Assembly (NCBI GenBank): GCA_965215615.1
Contig: OZ244068.1
Location: forward strand, 1,852,369-1,916,368
Direction: 5' to 3'
Origin: Vicinamibacteria bacterium
GTDB lineage: Bacteria > Acidobacteriota > Vicinamibacteria > Marinacidobacterales > Marinacidobacteraceae
Length of the DNA stretch: 64,000 nucleotides
Below, piece after piece: positions 1 to 9,189 of this stretch. Positions within the stretch are counted from its first letter, which is position 1, and every line of letters starts with the position of its first letter. The notes beneath the pieces were generated by a model, which did no database searches, was not told the origin of the DNA, and worked only from the letters and a program-made list of their open reading frames with translations. A program made the translations under genes and the position numbers.

Positions 1-513
1 GAACGGCTCCACCTCGCTGACTTCGGATGTCCGGGAGCCGTATCCGAAAGCGGCGTAAGGCGTGAGAGCGACGAGCGGCCACTGCAGGATGGCCGCACCG
101 GCGAGCTCCCAGCTTTCCTGAACCAGCGCGTCCTCGAACAGGACGGCACCAGCCTCGGCATCCGTGATCGAGAACTCGAATTCGCTGGTGGTGCGAAACC
201 AGGATCCTTCGAGACCGAACCAGCGGTTCACGAAGACGGTGGCACGCCCGCCGTAGTGCTCCCCGAAGCCGACGTTCGATGACTCCGCCGAGACCGAGCC
301 GAAGATGTTGCGGGACACCCCGAGCTCCTCGCGCACCCGCTGGCTTCCGAGCAGAAAGGCGACTTCCGCGCGCGACCACGTGCCGCCACGCCCGAAGACC
401 GACCCCGACCCGCCGGCACCGGCCTGTGTCGCCGGTTCTTTCGTCTCGCCGGCGCCGGCCCCGGCGAACGAGAAGAGCAGGATGCCGGTCAGACCGAAGA
501 TCCGGTGGATCAC
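1..513 (-). CDS. Outer-membrane beta-barrel protein (partial, runs off the window edge)
   Basis: Hand translation from GTG at 513: MIHRIFGLTGILLFSFAGAGAG (signal-like), YGGRATVFVNRWFGLEGSW, LTPYAAFGYG; alternating beta-strand pattern typical of small OMP barrels. Missing from the ORF track because the stop lies outside the window. Confidence 0.6.
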   Translation of the reverse strand, partial: MIHRIFGLTGILLFSFAGAGAGETKEPATQAGAGGSGSVFGRGGTWSRAEVAFLLGSQRVREELGVSRNIFGSVSAESSNVGFGEHYGGRATVFVNRWFGLEGSWFRTTSEFEFSITDAEAGAVLFEDALVQESWELAGAAILQWPLVALTPYAAFGYGSRTSEVSEVEPF

Positions 514-567
514 CCCGCAGCTACTCCGCGGTCAGCCGTCGCGCCTTATCGAGCGCCGGCCGCCGGT

Positions 568-1590
568 TCACCGTGTTACCTCGATGTTTATCTCCGTCAC
601 CACGCCGGACCGAATCGTCACGAAGCGCGGCGCGATGGTCACCGCGAAGTCGCGATCCACGTCGTCCACATGGAACTGGTAGGCGAGCGCCGGGTGTTCA
701 TCCGGCATCGGGTTGACTCGCACGATGTAGCTCCCCGAGGGAAGCCGGGCGAGATCGAAATGGCCGTGCCGATCCGCCCAGACACCGATGAGCAGATCGC
801 GGGTCGGTTCATACGCCGAAACGTGGGCGTGGCCGACGCGCGTTCCGTTCCCGTCCACGATCACGCCCCGGATCCCGCCGTTTTCCGCTTCCGCCGTCGG
901 ATACAGCACCGAGGCTCCCTGGATATCGTCGTCGGTCAGGGTCCGCCCGGCGGTGGATCCCCTCCCGAAGGTGTAGGGCCACATGACGGCGCTGCCCACC
1001 AGCAATTCGTCTTCCTGCCGCCCGACTCCCGAATGCCCGAGACCGAGGAAGTGCCCGAACTCGTGCACCAGCATGGAGCGAACATCCCAGAGGTTGTCAC
1101 CGGGATCATTCGACCAGTTGAAGGCCGCATTCACCAGGATGTCGGACTCGACGATCTGGCCGGTTTCTTCCTCGACGAGCCAGGAAGTGACGGCGAGCGT
1201 CGTCCGGGAAATCCCGAGCTCGGCAAAGTGGGAGTCGGTGGTGAAACCCACGGTGTTCGTGGAATCGAAGAAGTCGAACGGACGAAGGTTGGTGATCCCC
1301 GCGTAGGCCGAAGTGGCGGCGACCCGGGGGTCGTTCGTCCAGACATCCATCGCGGCTCGGGCTTCTTCGACCAGCTCTTCCACCGTCAGCAGGTTGTCCG
1401 CCCGGTTGGACACCCAGAACCGGATGGGCCAGGACTCTTCCGCCCAGACGAAGTCGATATCCCGCCAGAAGTGGTACCCGGTGGCTTGGGGCGTTCCCGC
1501 GAGCGGAAGCGAGACCGCCAGCAGGGCAGCGAACAGGGAGGGGCGAAGGAAGCCCCCCGGCCGCGGCCAGATCCCCGAGATTCTCTTCAT
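568..1590 (-). CDS. Secreted matrixin-family (M10) zinc metalloprotease with C-terminal carboxypeptidase-regulatory-like beta-sandwich
   Basis: Metzincin motif HEFGHFLGLGH, Met-turn AVMWP, TDDDIQG, signal peptide; C-terminal GGIRGVIVD...LPSGSYIVRV. ATG at 1590 chosen. Confidence 0.85.
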   Translation of the reverse strand: MKRISGIWPRPGGFLRPSLFAALLAVSLPLAGTPQATGYHFWRDIDFVWAEESWPIRFWVSNRADNLLTVEELVEEARAAMDVWTNDPRVAATSAYAGITNLRPFDFFDSTNTVGFTTDSHFAELGISRTTLAVTSWLVEEETGQIVESDILVNAAFNWSNDPGDNLWDVRSMLVHEFGHFLGLGHSGVGRQEDELLVGSAVMWPYTFGRGSTAGRTLTDDDIQGASVLYPTAEAENGGIRGVIVDGNGTRVGHAHVSAYEPTRDLLIGVWADRHGHFDLARLPSGSYIVRVNPMPDEHPALAYQFHVDDVDRDFAVTIAPRFVTIRSGVVTEINIEVTR

Positions 1591-1603
1591 GGAGGGAAAC
1601 GAC

Positions 1604-2203
1604 TCAGGGGCTCGACCCGAGCGCCTCGTTGATGAGGGCTTCCACTTCGGCGAGGGTCGCGGGCTCCCGGACGGCGGGCGCGACGATCCCCGGGTTTCCA
1701 CCGGCGTTTTGGACCGTGAGACCCGCGAGGGTCCGGTGGAGCATCAGCTCGCCGGTTCCGGCGCGCCGGGCGAGGGAGAACTTCCCCGCCGACCACCCGA
1801 ACACTCCCGGCACTCTTCCCCTGGTCTCCTCGACGAACACCAGCACATCTTCCTGCAACGCGAATTGCGGCATGCCGGACACGATGAGCCGGTATCCCTT
1901 CGCCGAACCTCCGAGCAGGCGAAGCGTGAGCAGCGACTTCCCGCCCCCGCCCTTGAGATAACGGTCCACCTCGATCGTCACATACGTGTAAATCCGGTCG
2001 TGCCGGAGTCCCATCTCGCTCCGCTTCCCCACCACCCGGCCGACCAGGATCGCGTCCGACTCGACCGCCATCCGGTCGAGCGGCATGTACCGGATGGAAG
2101 CCGGCACTTCGGAAATGAATCCGAAACAGGCGAGCGCCAAGAGGACTCCGACAAGCGAGGCTCCGACCCGACGGAAGCGACATCCTCGCGGCACCCTCGG
2201 CAT
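1604..2203 (-). CDS. Secreted hypothetical protein, possible OB/NTR-like fold, matrixin-associated
   Basis: Signal peptide; SDAILVGRV...IYTYVTIEV..YLKG...LGG...PQF...VLVF pattern; similar to 25917..26435. Confidence 0.6.
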   Translation of the reverse strand: MPRVPRGCRFRRVGASLVGVLLALACFGFISEVPASIRYMPLDRMAVESDAILVGRVVGKRSEMGLRHDRIYTYVTIEVDRYLKGGGGKSLLTLRLLGGSAKGYRLIVSGMPQFALQEDVLVFVEETRGRVPGVFGWSAGKFSLARRAGTGELMLHRTLAGLTVQNAGGNPGIVAPAVREPATLAEVEALINEALGSSP

Positions 2204-2223
2204 CCGCCCATGATAGCGGCGGG

Positions 2224-3273
2224 GTGCGGCGGGCGGGGGCGTTCGGAGTAGCATCGCCCTCGTTGCAAGACATCGGAACCCCCGGGTCGGCAGACATCGG
2301 AACATCGGCAGACATCGGAACAGTCGTCCGGGTGAACCGGAAACAGGCTGTCGTCCGCACGGGCGACGGTCGGATCGTGACGTGCTTTCCGGGCGGCAGG
2401 CTCTTCGCCTCTTCCGGAGACGAAGGGCCGGATGCGGTCGCAACCGGTGACGAGGTCGAGCTCGAATATTCCGGCCGCGCGGCGCGCATTTGCCGGGTAG
2501 GGCCGCGAAGGAACGAACTCCGTCGCGCCGCCGGCCCCCCGCACCGTCGGGAGATGCGGGTGCTGGTGGTGAACACCGACGGACTGCTGGTGGTTTCCGC
2601 CTTCGAAGATCCGCCGTACCGCGTCGGTCTGCTGGATCGGGCGCTCGTGATCGCGTTCGATGCCGGAATGCCTCCGGCGCTCGTGTTCAACAAGCGGGAT
2701 CTGGCAGACCCGGACGGCCGGGAGCGCCTCAAGCGCGAACTCGAGCGCTACCGCACGCTCGACCTCCCGGTCTTCGAGACCTCGGCGATCGGCGGCGAAG
2801 GGCTGGAACGGCTCGCCGGACACCTCGCCGGGCGACGCACTGCGCTCGTTGGCCACTCGGGAGTGGGCAAGAGCGAACTGCTCGCCGGGCTCGGGATCGA
2901 AGGACGGCGGCGCGGGCGGGTGGACCGGTTCGGACGGGGCCGCCACACCACTACCAGCGCCGAAATCCTCGCCCTGCCGGGCGGCGGCGAAGTGGTGGAT
3001 ACCCCTGGCTTCCGGGCACTCGGCCTCGACGGACTGACCCCGGAGCGGGTGTTCGCCGCCCACCCCGATCTCGTCCCGCTGGCATCAGCGTGCCGGTTCC
3101 GGACCTGTTCCCATGTGAGCGAGCCCGGCTGCGCCATCCGGAAGGCGGTGGCGGACGGGACCATCCCCGAAGCCCGTCACGAGAGCCTCATCCGGCTGAG
3201 CGCGGAAGCTGCGGGGCAGATTCGTGAGCGGACGGCCGCATCGGCCAGCGCATCGGCCGACGCATGGGAATGA
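2224..3273 (+). CDS. rsgA: Ribosome small subunit-dependent GTPase A
   Basis: Circularly permuted GTPase motifs NKRD, GHSGVGKS, HTTT, DTPG; Zn finger CRFRTCSHVSEPGC. Start uncertain. Confidence 0.92.
   Translation: MRRAGAFGVASPSLQDIGTPGSADIGTSADIGTVVRVNRKQAVVRTGDGRIVTCFPGGRLFASSGDEGPDAVATGDEVELEYSGRAARICRVGPRRNELRRAAGPPHRREMRVLVVNTDGLLVVSAFEDPPYRVGLLDRALVIAFDAGMPPALVFNKRDLADPDGRERLKRELERYRTLDLPVFETSAIGGEGLERLAGHLAGRRTALVGHSGVGKSELLAGLGIEGRRRGRVDRFGRGRHTTTSAEILALPGGGEVVDTPGFRALGLDGLTPERVFAAHPDLVPLASACRFRTCSHVSEPGCAIRKAVADGTIPEARHESLIRLSAEAAGQIRERTAASASASADAWE
2268..2322 (+). repeat. 18-bp in-frame tandem duplication (TCGGCAGACATCGGAACA x2, plus a partial third copy) at the rsgA 5' end
   Basis: Copies at 2287-2304 and 2305-2322, partial at 2268-2279; encodes DIGT..SADIGTSADIGT. 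Confidence 0.8.
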
Positions 3274-4960
3274 GTCCGGCGATTTCCGAGAGCACCGCAT
3301 CGAGTCCCTCCCCGGTTTTGGCGGAAACCGGAAAAGCAGCCCCCTCTCCGGTGAAACGGGAAAGCGCCGCCTCCCGCTCAACCGTCGAGAGCCGGTCCAC
3401 CTTGTTGAGCAGCAGCAGCCTCGGAATTTCCTCGAAACCGAGCTGTTGAAGCAACCGCTCAACCGCCCGCCGGCGGCTCTCGATGCGGGGGTCGGCGGCA
3501 TCGAGAACGTGGAGCAGCACCGACGCCGAGGCGATCTCCTCGAGTGTCGCGCGGAACGCCTCCAGGAGATCTTCCGGGAGTTCGTCCATGAAACCCACGG
3601 TGTCGGCGAGCAGGACTTCGCGCTCCACCGGAACGCGCAAGCGACGCGAGGTCGGGTCCAGGGTCTCGAACATCCGGTTCCCGGCGGCGACCCGGCTGCG
3701 GGTGAGCCGATTCAGCAGGGTGGACTTGCCGGCGTTCGTATAGCCGACCAGCGAGACCACCGGGAGCCCTCCAGCTTCGCGCCGCTTGCGCCGGATTCCG
3801 CGCCGTCCGGCGATGGCGGCGAGATCCCGGACCAACCGGCCGATCCGCTCGCGAGTCCGCCGCCGATCCACCTCCAGCCGGGTTTCACCGGGTCCGCGGC
3901 CGCCGATGCCGCCCCCGAGCCGGGAGAGGGACGTGTCCCGCTGCACGAGCCTCGGTAACCGGTACCGAAGCTGCGCGAGCTCCACCTGGAGCTTCCCCTC
4001 GCGACTGCTCGCCCGGCGGGCGAAAACATCGAGGATGAGCTGGGTCCGGTCCAGCACCTTGAGATCGGTGGCCGCCGAGATGTTCCGCGCCTGGGAAGGG
4101 GTCAGGTCACGGGAAAAAAGGATCACGTCGGCGCGGGCCATGAGCGCGCGAATCACCAGATCCTGCAACTTGCCGCGCCCGAGGAGGGTTCCCGGGTCCA
4201 GCCTCCTGCGCCGCTGCAGGAGGCGGTCCGAGACCGTGAGCCCGGCATCGCGAGCCAGCTCGGCCAGCTCGGCGACCCGGTCTTCTTCGGCCTCGGGATC
4301 GTCCTCGGTGACCCCGACCAGGATGGCGCGCTCTTCCGGCCCCTTGCCCGGACGGGCTGCGCTCCGGGCGAACTGGCGTTCCAGATCGGCGATGAGGAAA
4401 CCGCAGTCGAGTTCGAGGCGGGAGGGATGAGCGGCTTCGAGCAGCTCCCACGGCGCACTCGCTGGCGGAGGCTTCAGATGAGCCGCCCGGATCTCTTCGG
4501 GCAAACCATCAGGGCGCACGGTCAGCACCGCCATCAGGTCGAGCCGCATGAGCAGCAGGTCGGTCAAATCCTCGAGTGTGAGAGGCGCGAGCTCGGCCGG
4601 CCGGAAGCTCATTCCGGCGAGTTCCACCGGCCCGTCGTCCGGCCGCCTCCCGCTGCCCGGACCGGCCAGCAGCTCGGTCCGGATCGCCCGGAGCCCCCGC
4701 AGCCGGTCTCCGGCGATTCGCTGCCTCTTGAGATCCGGAAACTCCACACCGTGGGCATCGCCGACTCCGACCCAGGTCACCGACCCGCGCCGGTTCACCA
4801 GAACGCCGATCTGCCGCCGGATCAGGCGGGAGACTTCGGCCAGTCGGCGGGCGAAATCCTGTGGAAGAAGCGCGGCAGGTGGCAGTCGCCGGTCCGCCAG
4901 CCGCATGAGCAGCCTGCGTTCGCGCGACTTGAGGCCGGATGTCCGGCCTTCCACGCTCAC
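3188..4960 (-). CDS. hflX: GTPase HflX, long form with N-terminal extension
   Basis: DRTQLILDVFARRA, EGKLQVELAQLRY, GGRGPGET, GYTNAGKST, FETLDPT, DTVGF, NKVD. Confidence 0.95.
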   Translation of the reverse strand: MSVEGRTSGLKSRERRLLMRLADRRLPPAALLPQDFARRLAEVSRLIRRQIGVLVNRRGSVTWVGVGDAHGVEFPDLKRQRIAGDRLRGLRAIRTELLAGPGSGRRPDDGPVELAGMSFRPAELAPLTLEDLTDLLLMRLDLMAVLTVRPDGLPEEIRAAHLKPPPASAPWELLEAAHPSRLELDCGFLIADLERQFARSAARPGKGPEERAILVGVTEDDPEAEEDRVAELAELARDAGLTVSDRLLQRRRRLDPGTLLGRGKLQDLVIRALMARADVILFSRDLTPSQARNISAATDLKVLDRTQLILDVFARRASSREGKLQVELAQLRYRLPRLVQRDTSLSRLGGGIGGRGPGETRLEVDRRRTRERIGRLVRDLAAIAGRRGIRRKRREAGGLPVVSLVGYTNAGKSTLLNRLTRSRVAAGNRMFETLDPTSRRLRVPVEREVLLADTVGFMDELPEDLLEAFRATLEEIASASVLLHVLDAADPRIESRRRAVERLLQQLGFEEIPRLLLLNKVDRLSTVEREAALSRFTGEGAAFPVSAKTGEGLDAVLSEIAGLIPMRRPMRWPMRPSAHESAPQLPRSAG

Positions 4961-4988
4961 TTCGTGCGGAAGGGAGCCCGTTCGTCCG

Positions 4989-6167
4989 TCAGCGCGGCCC
5001 GACTCCGTTCGCCCGGCGGTCGCGAATCAGGTCCAGGCGGGCCCGGGCCGAAACGTAGTTGGGATCGATGTCGATCGCCCGCTCGTACTGCTCGATGGCC
5101 CGGTCTTCGTCCCCGAGCTTCAGCATCGTCTCTCCGAGGAAGAAGCGGGCATCCGCCAGCCCGGAATCCCGGGAAAGGGCCTTCCGGAAGTAGTCGGCGG
5201 CGGCTTCGTATTCGCCCCGCTGGTAGAGGAGCACTCCGAGGTGGTGCCGGACGTAGGCGTTCTGGTCGTCCCGCCGCTCGGCGACCCGGAACTCGCGGAT
5301 CGCGCTGTCCACGTCACCTTCCGAGTAGTAGGCGCTCGCCAGGTTGGCCCGCGCCTCGGTGAAGTCCGGCTCGAGAGCGAGAGCGAGGTTGTACTGCTCG
5401 ACCGCTTCCTCGAAACGGCCCCGCCGCTTGTAGGCGACCCCGAGGTTGTTGCGCGCCCGGTTGAAATTCGGACGGACGGAGAGCGCGAGCTCGTACATCT
5501 CGATCTCGCGGGCCAGCGGATCGAAGCCCCCCTGGTCGGCGAGTGCTTCGGCAAAGTAGCCGTAGAGGAAGCCCTGGTTGTTGTAGAAATTCGAGATCGC
5601 CTCGAAGTCGTCGATGATCTCGGCACCGGCGTACTGGCGCTCCGGGTTGGCGGTGAAATCGACGAAGAGGATGTCCGGGCCGTCCTTGATGCCGCCGGTG
5701 ATATGGCCACTGTTGACGATCACTTCCGCCTCGCGGGAGACCCTCTCGATGGTCTTCACATCCACATAGACGGCTTCGACTCCCACGGCGCGCGACATGC
5801 CCACGAAGAGGTTGGTGTAGGCGAGGCAATTCCCCCGCCCCTGCTCGAAGACCTCGACGGCGGTCTTGTTGGAAAGCCAGTCGTAGGAGATGGTCCCGCC
5901 GGTGTGCTGGCGGATGGCGCGGATGATCGCCCGCATCTTTTCCTTGTCGCTGCGCAGGTTCTCGGTGACCCGGAACGCGAGCGCACGGATCTCGTCGTTG
6001 ATCTCGAACGGCACCTCGACCCGCGCCAGCATTTCCGGCGTGATCCGGTGGTTCAGGTCGGCGCGGATCTCGTCCGGCGTCCAGGAGCGCTTGGCGGCGG
6101 TCCCGCAACCTGCACCGGCACCGAGCAGGAGTATCCAGACGGAGAGAAAAGAGGGACGAAGACGCAT
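4989..6167 (-). CDS. Lipoprotein with transglutaminase-like domain and C-terminal TPR repeats
   Basis: Lipobox GAGC; GNCLAYT / GHITG / FVDF as putative Cys-His-Asp triad; TPRs such as ARNNLGVAY, ARANLASAY, ARFFLGE. Confidence 0.8.
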   Translation of the reverse strand: MRLRPSFLSVWILLLGAGAGCGTAAKRSWTPDEIRADLNHRITPEMLARVEVPFEINDEIRALAFRVTENLRSDKEKMRAIIRAIRQHTGGTISYDWLSNKTAVEVFEQGRGNCLAYTNLFVGMSRAVGVEAVYVDVKTIERVSREAEVIVNSGHITGGIKDGPDILFVDFTANPERQYAGAEIIDDFEAISNFYNNQGFLYGYFAEALADQGGFDPLAREIEMYELALSVRPNFNRARNNLGVAYKRRGRFEEAVEQYNLALALEPDFTEARANLASAYYSEGDVDSAIREFRVAERRDDQNAYVRHHLGVLLYQRGEYEAAADYFRKALSRDSGLADARFFLGETMLKLGDEDRAIEQYERAIDIDPNYVSARARLDLIRDRRANGVGPR

Positions 6168-6324
6168 GTGCCAGAAGACCTGAAAGCGAGTATAGCGCGG
6201 GTTTTTCAGTTGCGGGACGCGCCTTCCGGCCGTAAGATTTGGGGTTCTCTCACGGGCTTTTCCGAAGCGGTGTCGAACCGCCCGGAGCGCCCGTCAGCAG
6301 GGGATCCGAGGAGCCTCTCCCACC

Positions 6325-7899
6325 ATGCACAATCGCACGTTCCACTTCCGGGTTTCGTTGCCCGCCCTCCTCGCGGTCGCCGGTCTCGGCGCTTCCGCCT
6401 TCGCCCAGGATCGCCTGAGCCGGGGCGACCGCCGCTGGATGGAAGAGGTGGACCCGATCATGACCGAGCAGGAGCGCGAGCTCTTCCAGCAGATCGACAA
6501 GGATGACCGGGATCTCTTCCGGGAGCTCTTCTGGGCGCGACGCGATCCCACCCCCGCGAACCGCGACAACGAGGCCAAGGATGCCTACGACAACTGGCGC
6601 GACATGGCGAACGACCAGTTCGGCCAGCGTGGCCAGCGCGGCTATCGCACCGACATGGCGCTCGTGATGCTGCTTTTCGGCCCGCCCGACAACCGTGAGC
6701 AGACCGGCGGAGGCGGCGGACGGCCGGATACCGGTGGCGGCGGCGGAGGTGGTGGCAATCCCATCGCGGAGAGCGGGGGCGGCCCCGGTGCCGGAGCGGC
6801 CGGCGGTGGCGGTGGCGGCGGCTTCGGCGGCCCCGGAGGACGCGGATCGAAGATGACCTGGGTGCCCGACCCGGACCGGGGACTGCCGGAGGGACTGGAG
6901 CTCGAATTTCGCAGCACCAACCTGGGGATGCGGCTGGTTCGCACCGAAGAGGTGGATGCGGCCCTCGAACGCGCTCGGCAGCGCCAGATCGCGTGGCCGA
7001 GCATCAACTACGCCCGCGACGAGGAAGGGCGGCTGCGCGAGCTCGACGATCTCTTCGATCCCAACAGTCCGGCGAAGCAGATCCTGAACGATCTCCGGGA
7101 AGGCGGAGAGACGAGCAGCGTGATCACGCTCGACCCGGACCTGATGTTCTTCCGCTCGAACACCAACGATACCTACGTGGCGGCCATGGTCGAGATCGCG
7201 GACGGCGGCATCACCTGGGCCGGTGACCGCGCGAAGGTGCAGGCTTTCTACAGCATCGAGGACTCGCTCGGCACGGTGGTCGGCCAGGCCGAGGAAGAAG
7301 TGGAGCTGATGCGGGGAGAAGGAGGCGGAGCCCTTCTCGAGTTGCCCATGCAGATGCCCGCCGGGGCCTACCTCGTGCGGCTCGGCATCCTGGACATCGC
7401 GAGTCAGCAGCACGGGACGATGAACCTCGATGTCGTGAGCCCCGACTTCAACCAGACGACGCTCACCGTTTCCACCATGGCCCGCTTCGAGGATGGTGCC
7501 CGGGTCGAGGACTTCACGCCGGTGCCGGGACGGGCGCTGCTGGTGGGCGGGTTCCACTTCATTCCCAAGATTTCGGACATCTACGCGCCGGGCGGGAACT
7601 TCCGGGTGGTCTTCAACGCTTACGGCTACGGCCTCGACGGCGATGCCCCCAACCTCAACTGGCAGATCGAGTTCAAGAAGGATGGCACCCGCTACATCCG
7701 CTACAACCCGACCGCCATGCAGCTCGCGTCCGCCGAGCTCTCGATCGGCATCGTGGATATCCCGCTCGCCCGTCGCTACTCCGACGGACGGTCCGAGAAC
7801 TTCGAAGCCGGGATCTACACCGCGGAGATCACCGTGAACGACCTGGTGAGCAACCAGTCGCACACCGAGGTCATCGAGTTCCAGGTCTCTGGTTCCTAG
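6325..7899 (+). CDS. GWxTD domain-containing secreted protein
   Basis: Signal peptide; IMTEQERELF, FWARRDPTP, GYRTD (GWxTD variant), FGPPD; Gly-rich linker. Confidence 0.85.
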   Translation: MHNRTFHFRVSLPALLAVAGLGASAFAQDRLSRGDRRWMEEVDPIMTEQERELFQQIDKDDRDLFRELFWARRDPTPANRDNEAKDAYDNWRDMANDQFGQRGQRGYRTDMALVMLLFGPPDNREQTGGGGGRPDTGGGGGGGGNPIAESGGGPGAGAAGGGGGGGFGGPGGRGSKMTWVPDPDRGLPEGLELEFRSTNLGMRLVRTEEVDAALERARQRQIAWPSINYARDEEGRLRELDDLFDPNSPAKQILNDLREGGETSSVITLDPDLMFFRSNTNDTYVAAMVEIADGGITWAGDRAKVQAFYSIEDSLGTVVGQAEEEVELMRGEGGGALLELPMQMPAGAYLVRLGILDIASQQHGTMNLDVVSPDFNQTTLTVSTMARFEDGARVEDFTPVPGRALLVGGFHFIPKISDIYAPGGNFRVVFNAYGYGLDGDAPNLNWQIEFKKDGTRYIRYNPTAMQLASAELSIGIVDIPLARRYSDGRSENFEAGIYTAEITVNDLVSNQSHTEVIEFQVSGS

Positions 7900-9189
7900 T
7901 TGCCGGTGGCGAAACTCACGCCGTTCTGGCTCCGGAGCCTGCTGATGAGTCTGGTCTCCGCCGCGCTCGGTGCCCTGCTCGCCCATTTCTTCCTGATGCC
8001 CCACATCGTGGGGTGGACCACCGGGCTTCCGGCGCCGGGATTGATGGCCCGGCTCGGAGCGACGGAAGGCGTTGAGGCGGAAAGCGGTGCCCAGCGCTCC
8101 AACTACGAGACCCTGACGGTCTTCCATAACGCCCTCGGGCTGATCCGCGAGCACTACCTCACCGAGGTCGAACCCGACTGGGTCATGGATGGCGCGATCC
8201 GGGGCATCTTCCGCGCGCTCGACGACGACAGCGCGTACCTGACCGCCGGACAGACCGAGATCTTCCACGAGCGGGCCGGGTTGCTCGGGGATGTCGGGGT
8301 GACCCTCGACAAGCGCTACTACCTCCACGTGGACAGCGTCCTCCCCGGTTCGCCGGCCGAGGCCGCCGGCATCGAAGAGGGAGCGGCGGTCACCGAAATC
8401 GCCGGGATCACTACCCGCGAGATGCAGATCCCGGTGGGGAGGCTGTTGCTCGCCGGCGCTCCGGGATCGGAGGTTTCGCTGATGGTGCGGGATTCCGCCG
8501 ACGCGGAAGCGGAAGATATCCGCCTGATCCGGCGGGAGCTCGCGCCGCCACCGGTCGAGCACCGGGTTCTCGAACCGGGAATCGGGTGGATGCGCATCCG
8601 CTCGTTCCACGCGGGGACCACGGATCAGGTCGTGGCGGCGATCGCCGCGCTCGAAAACGAGGGGGTGGATGCCCTGGTTCTCGACCTCCGGGGCAGCCGG
8701 GGTGATGAGGACTACGCCCTCGACCTCCGCGCGGTGGGCGGCCTCTTCCTCGGTGACGCGCTGGTGGCGCAGCTCGGCGGCCGGCAGGATGCCGAAGAGG
8801 CACCGGCACTGCTCGCCGGGATTCCGAACGCCACCTCCTGGAACGGCGCGCTCACCGTCCTCGCGAACGGGACCACCGCCGGCCCCGGCGAGCTGCTCGC
8901 CGCCGCCATCGTCGCGGACGGCCGGGGCGCTTTCGTGGGAGGCCGCACCGCGGGCCGCACCGGTGCTCCGGAGCTGATCGAACTCCCGGAAGGCGACGCG
9001 CTCCTGCTCACCGTGCGGCAGTATCTCGATCCGGAAGGAGAAGAGCTCCTCGGCGTGGGAGCCGTTCCTTCGATCACCCCCGCGGACCTCGAGCGGGATG
9101 TGGACACCCTCGACGATGAAGATCCGGAACTGGATTTCGCGCTTTTCCAAATCCGACAGGAGCGAGCCGACCGGAAAGAAGCCGCCTGA
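7900..9189 (+). CDS. S41 (CtpA/Prc-like) PDZ peptidase homologue, catalytic residues degenerate
   Basis: N-terminal TM; PDZ (VLPGSPAEAAGI); LVLDLRG; TTAGPGE and RTAGR in place of SASASE and TFGK. TTG start tentative. Confidence 0.8.
   Translation: MPVAKLTPFWLRSLLMSLVSAALGALLAHFFLMPHIVGWTTGLPAPGLMARLGATEGVEAESGAQRSNYETLTVFHNALGLIREHYLTEVEPDWVMDGAIRGIFRALDDDSAYLTAGQTEIFHERAGLLGDVGVTLDKRYYLHVDSVLPGSPAEAAGIEEGAAVTEIAGITTREMQIPVGRLLLAGAPGSEVSLMVRDSADAEAEDIRLIRRELAPPPVEHRVLEPGIGWMRIRSFHAGTTDQVVAAIAALENEGVDALVLDLRGSRGDEDYALDLRAVGGLFLGDALVAQLGGRQDAEEAPALLAGIPNATSWNGALTVLANGTTAGPGELLAAAIVADGRGAFVGGRTAGRTGAPELIELPEGDALLLTVRQYLDPEGEELLGVGAVPSITPADLERDVDTLDDEDPELDFALFQIRQERADRKEAA

Noticed and set aside
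6700-6850. Gly-rich stretch in the GWxTD gene as a collagen-like or repeat element
   Set aside because: No sustained Gly-X-Y periodicity; a low-complexity linker.
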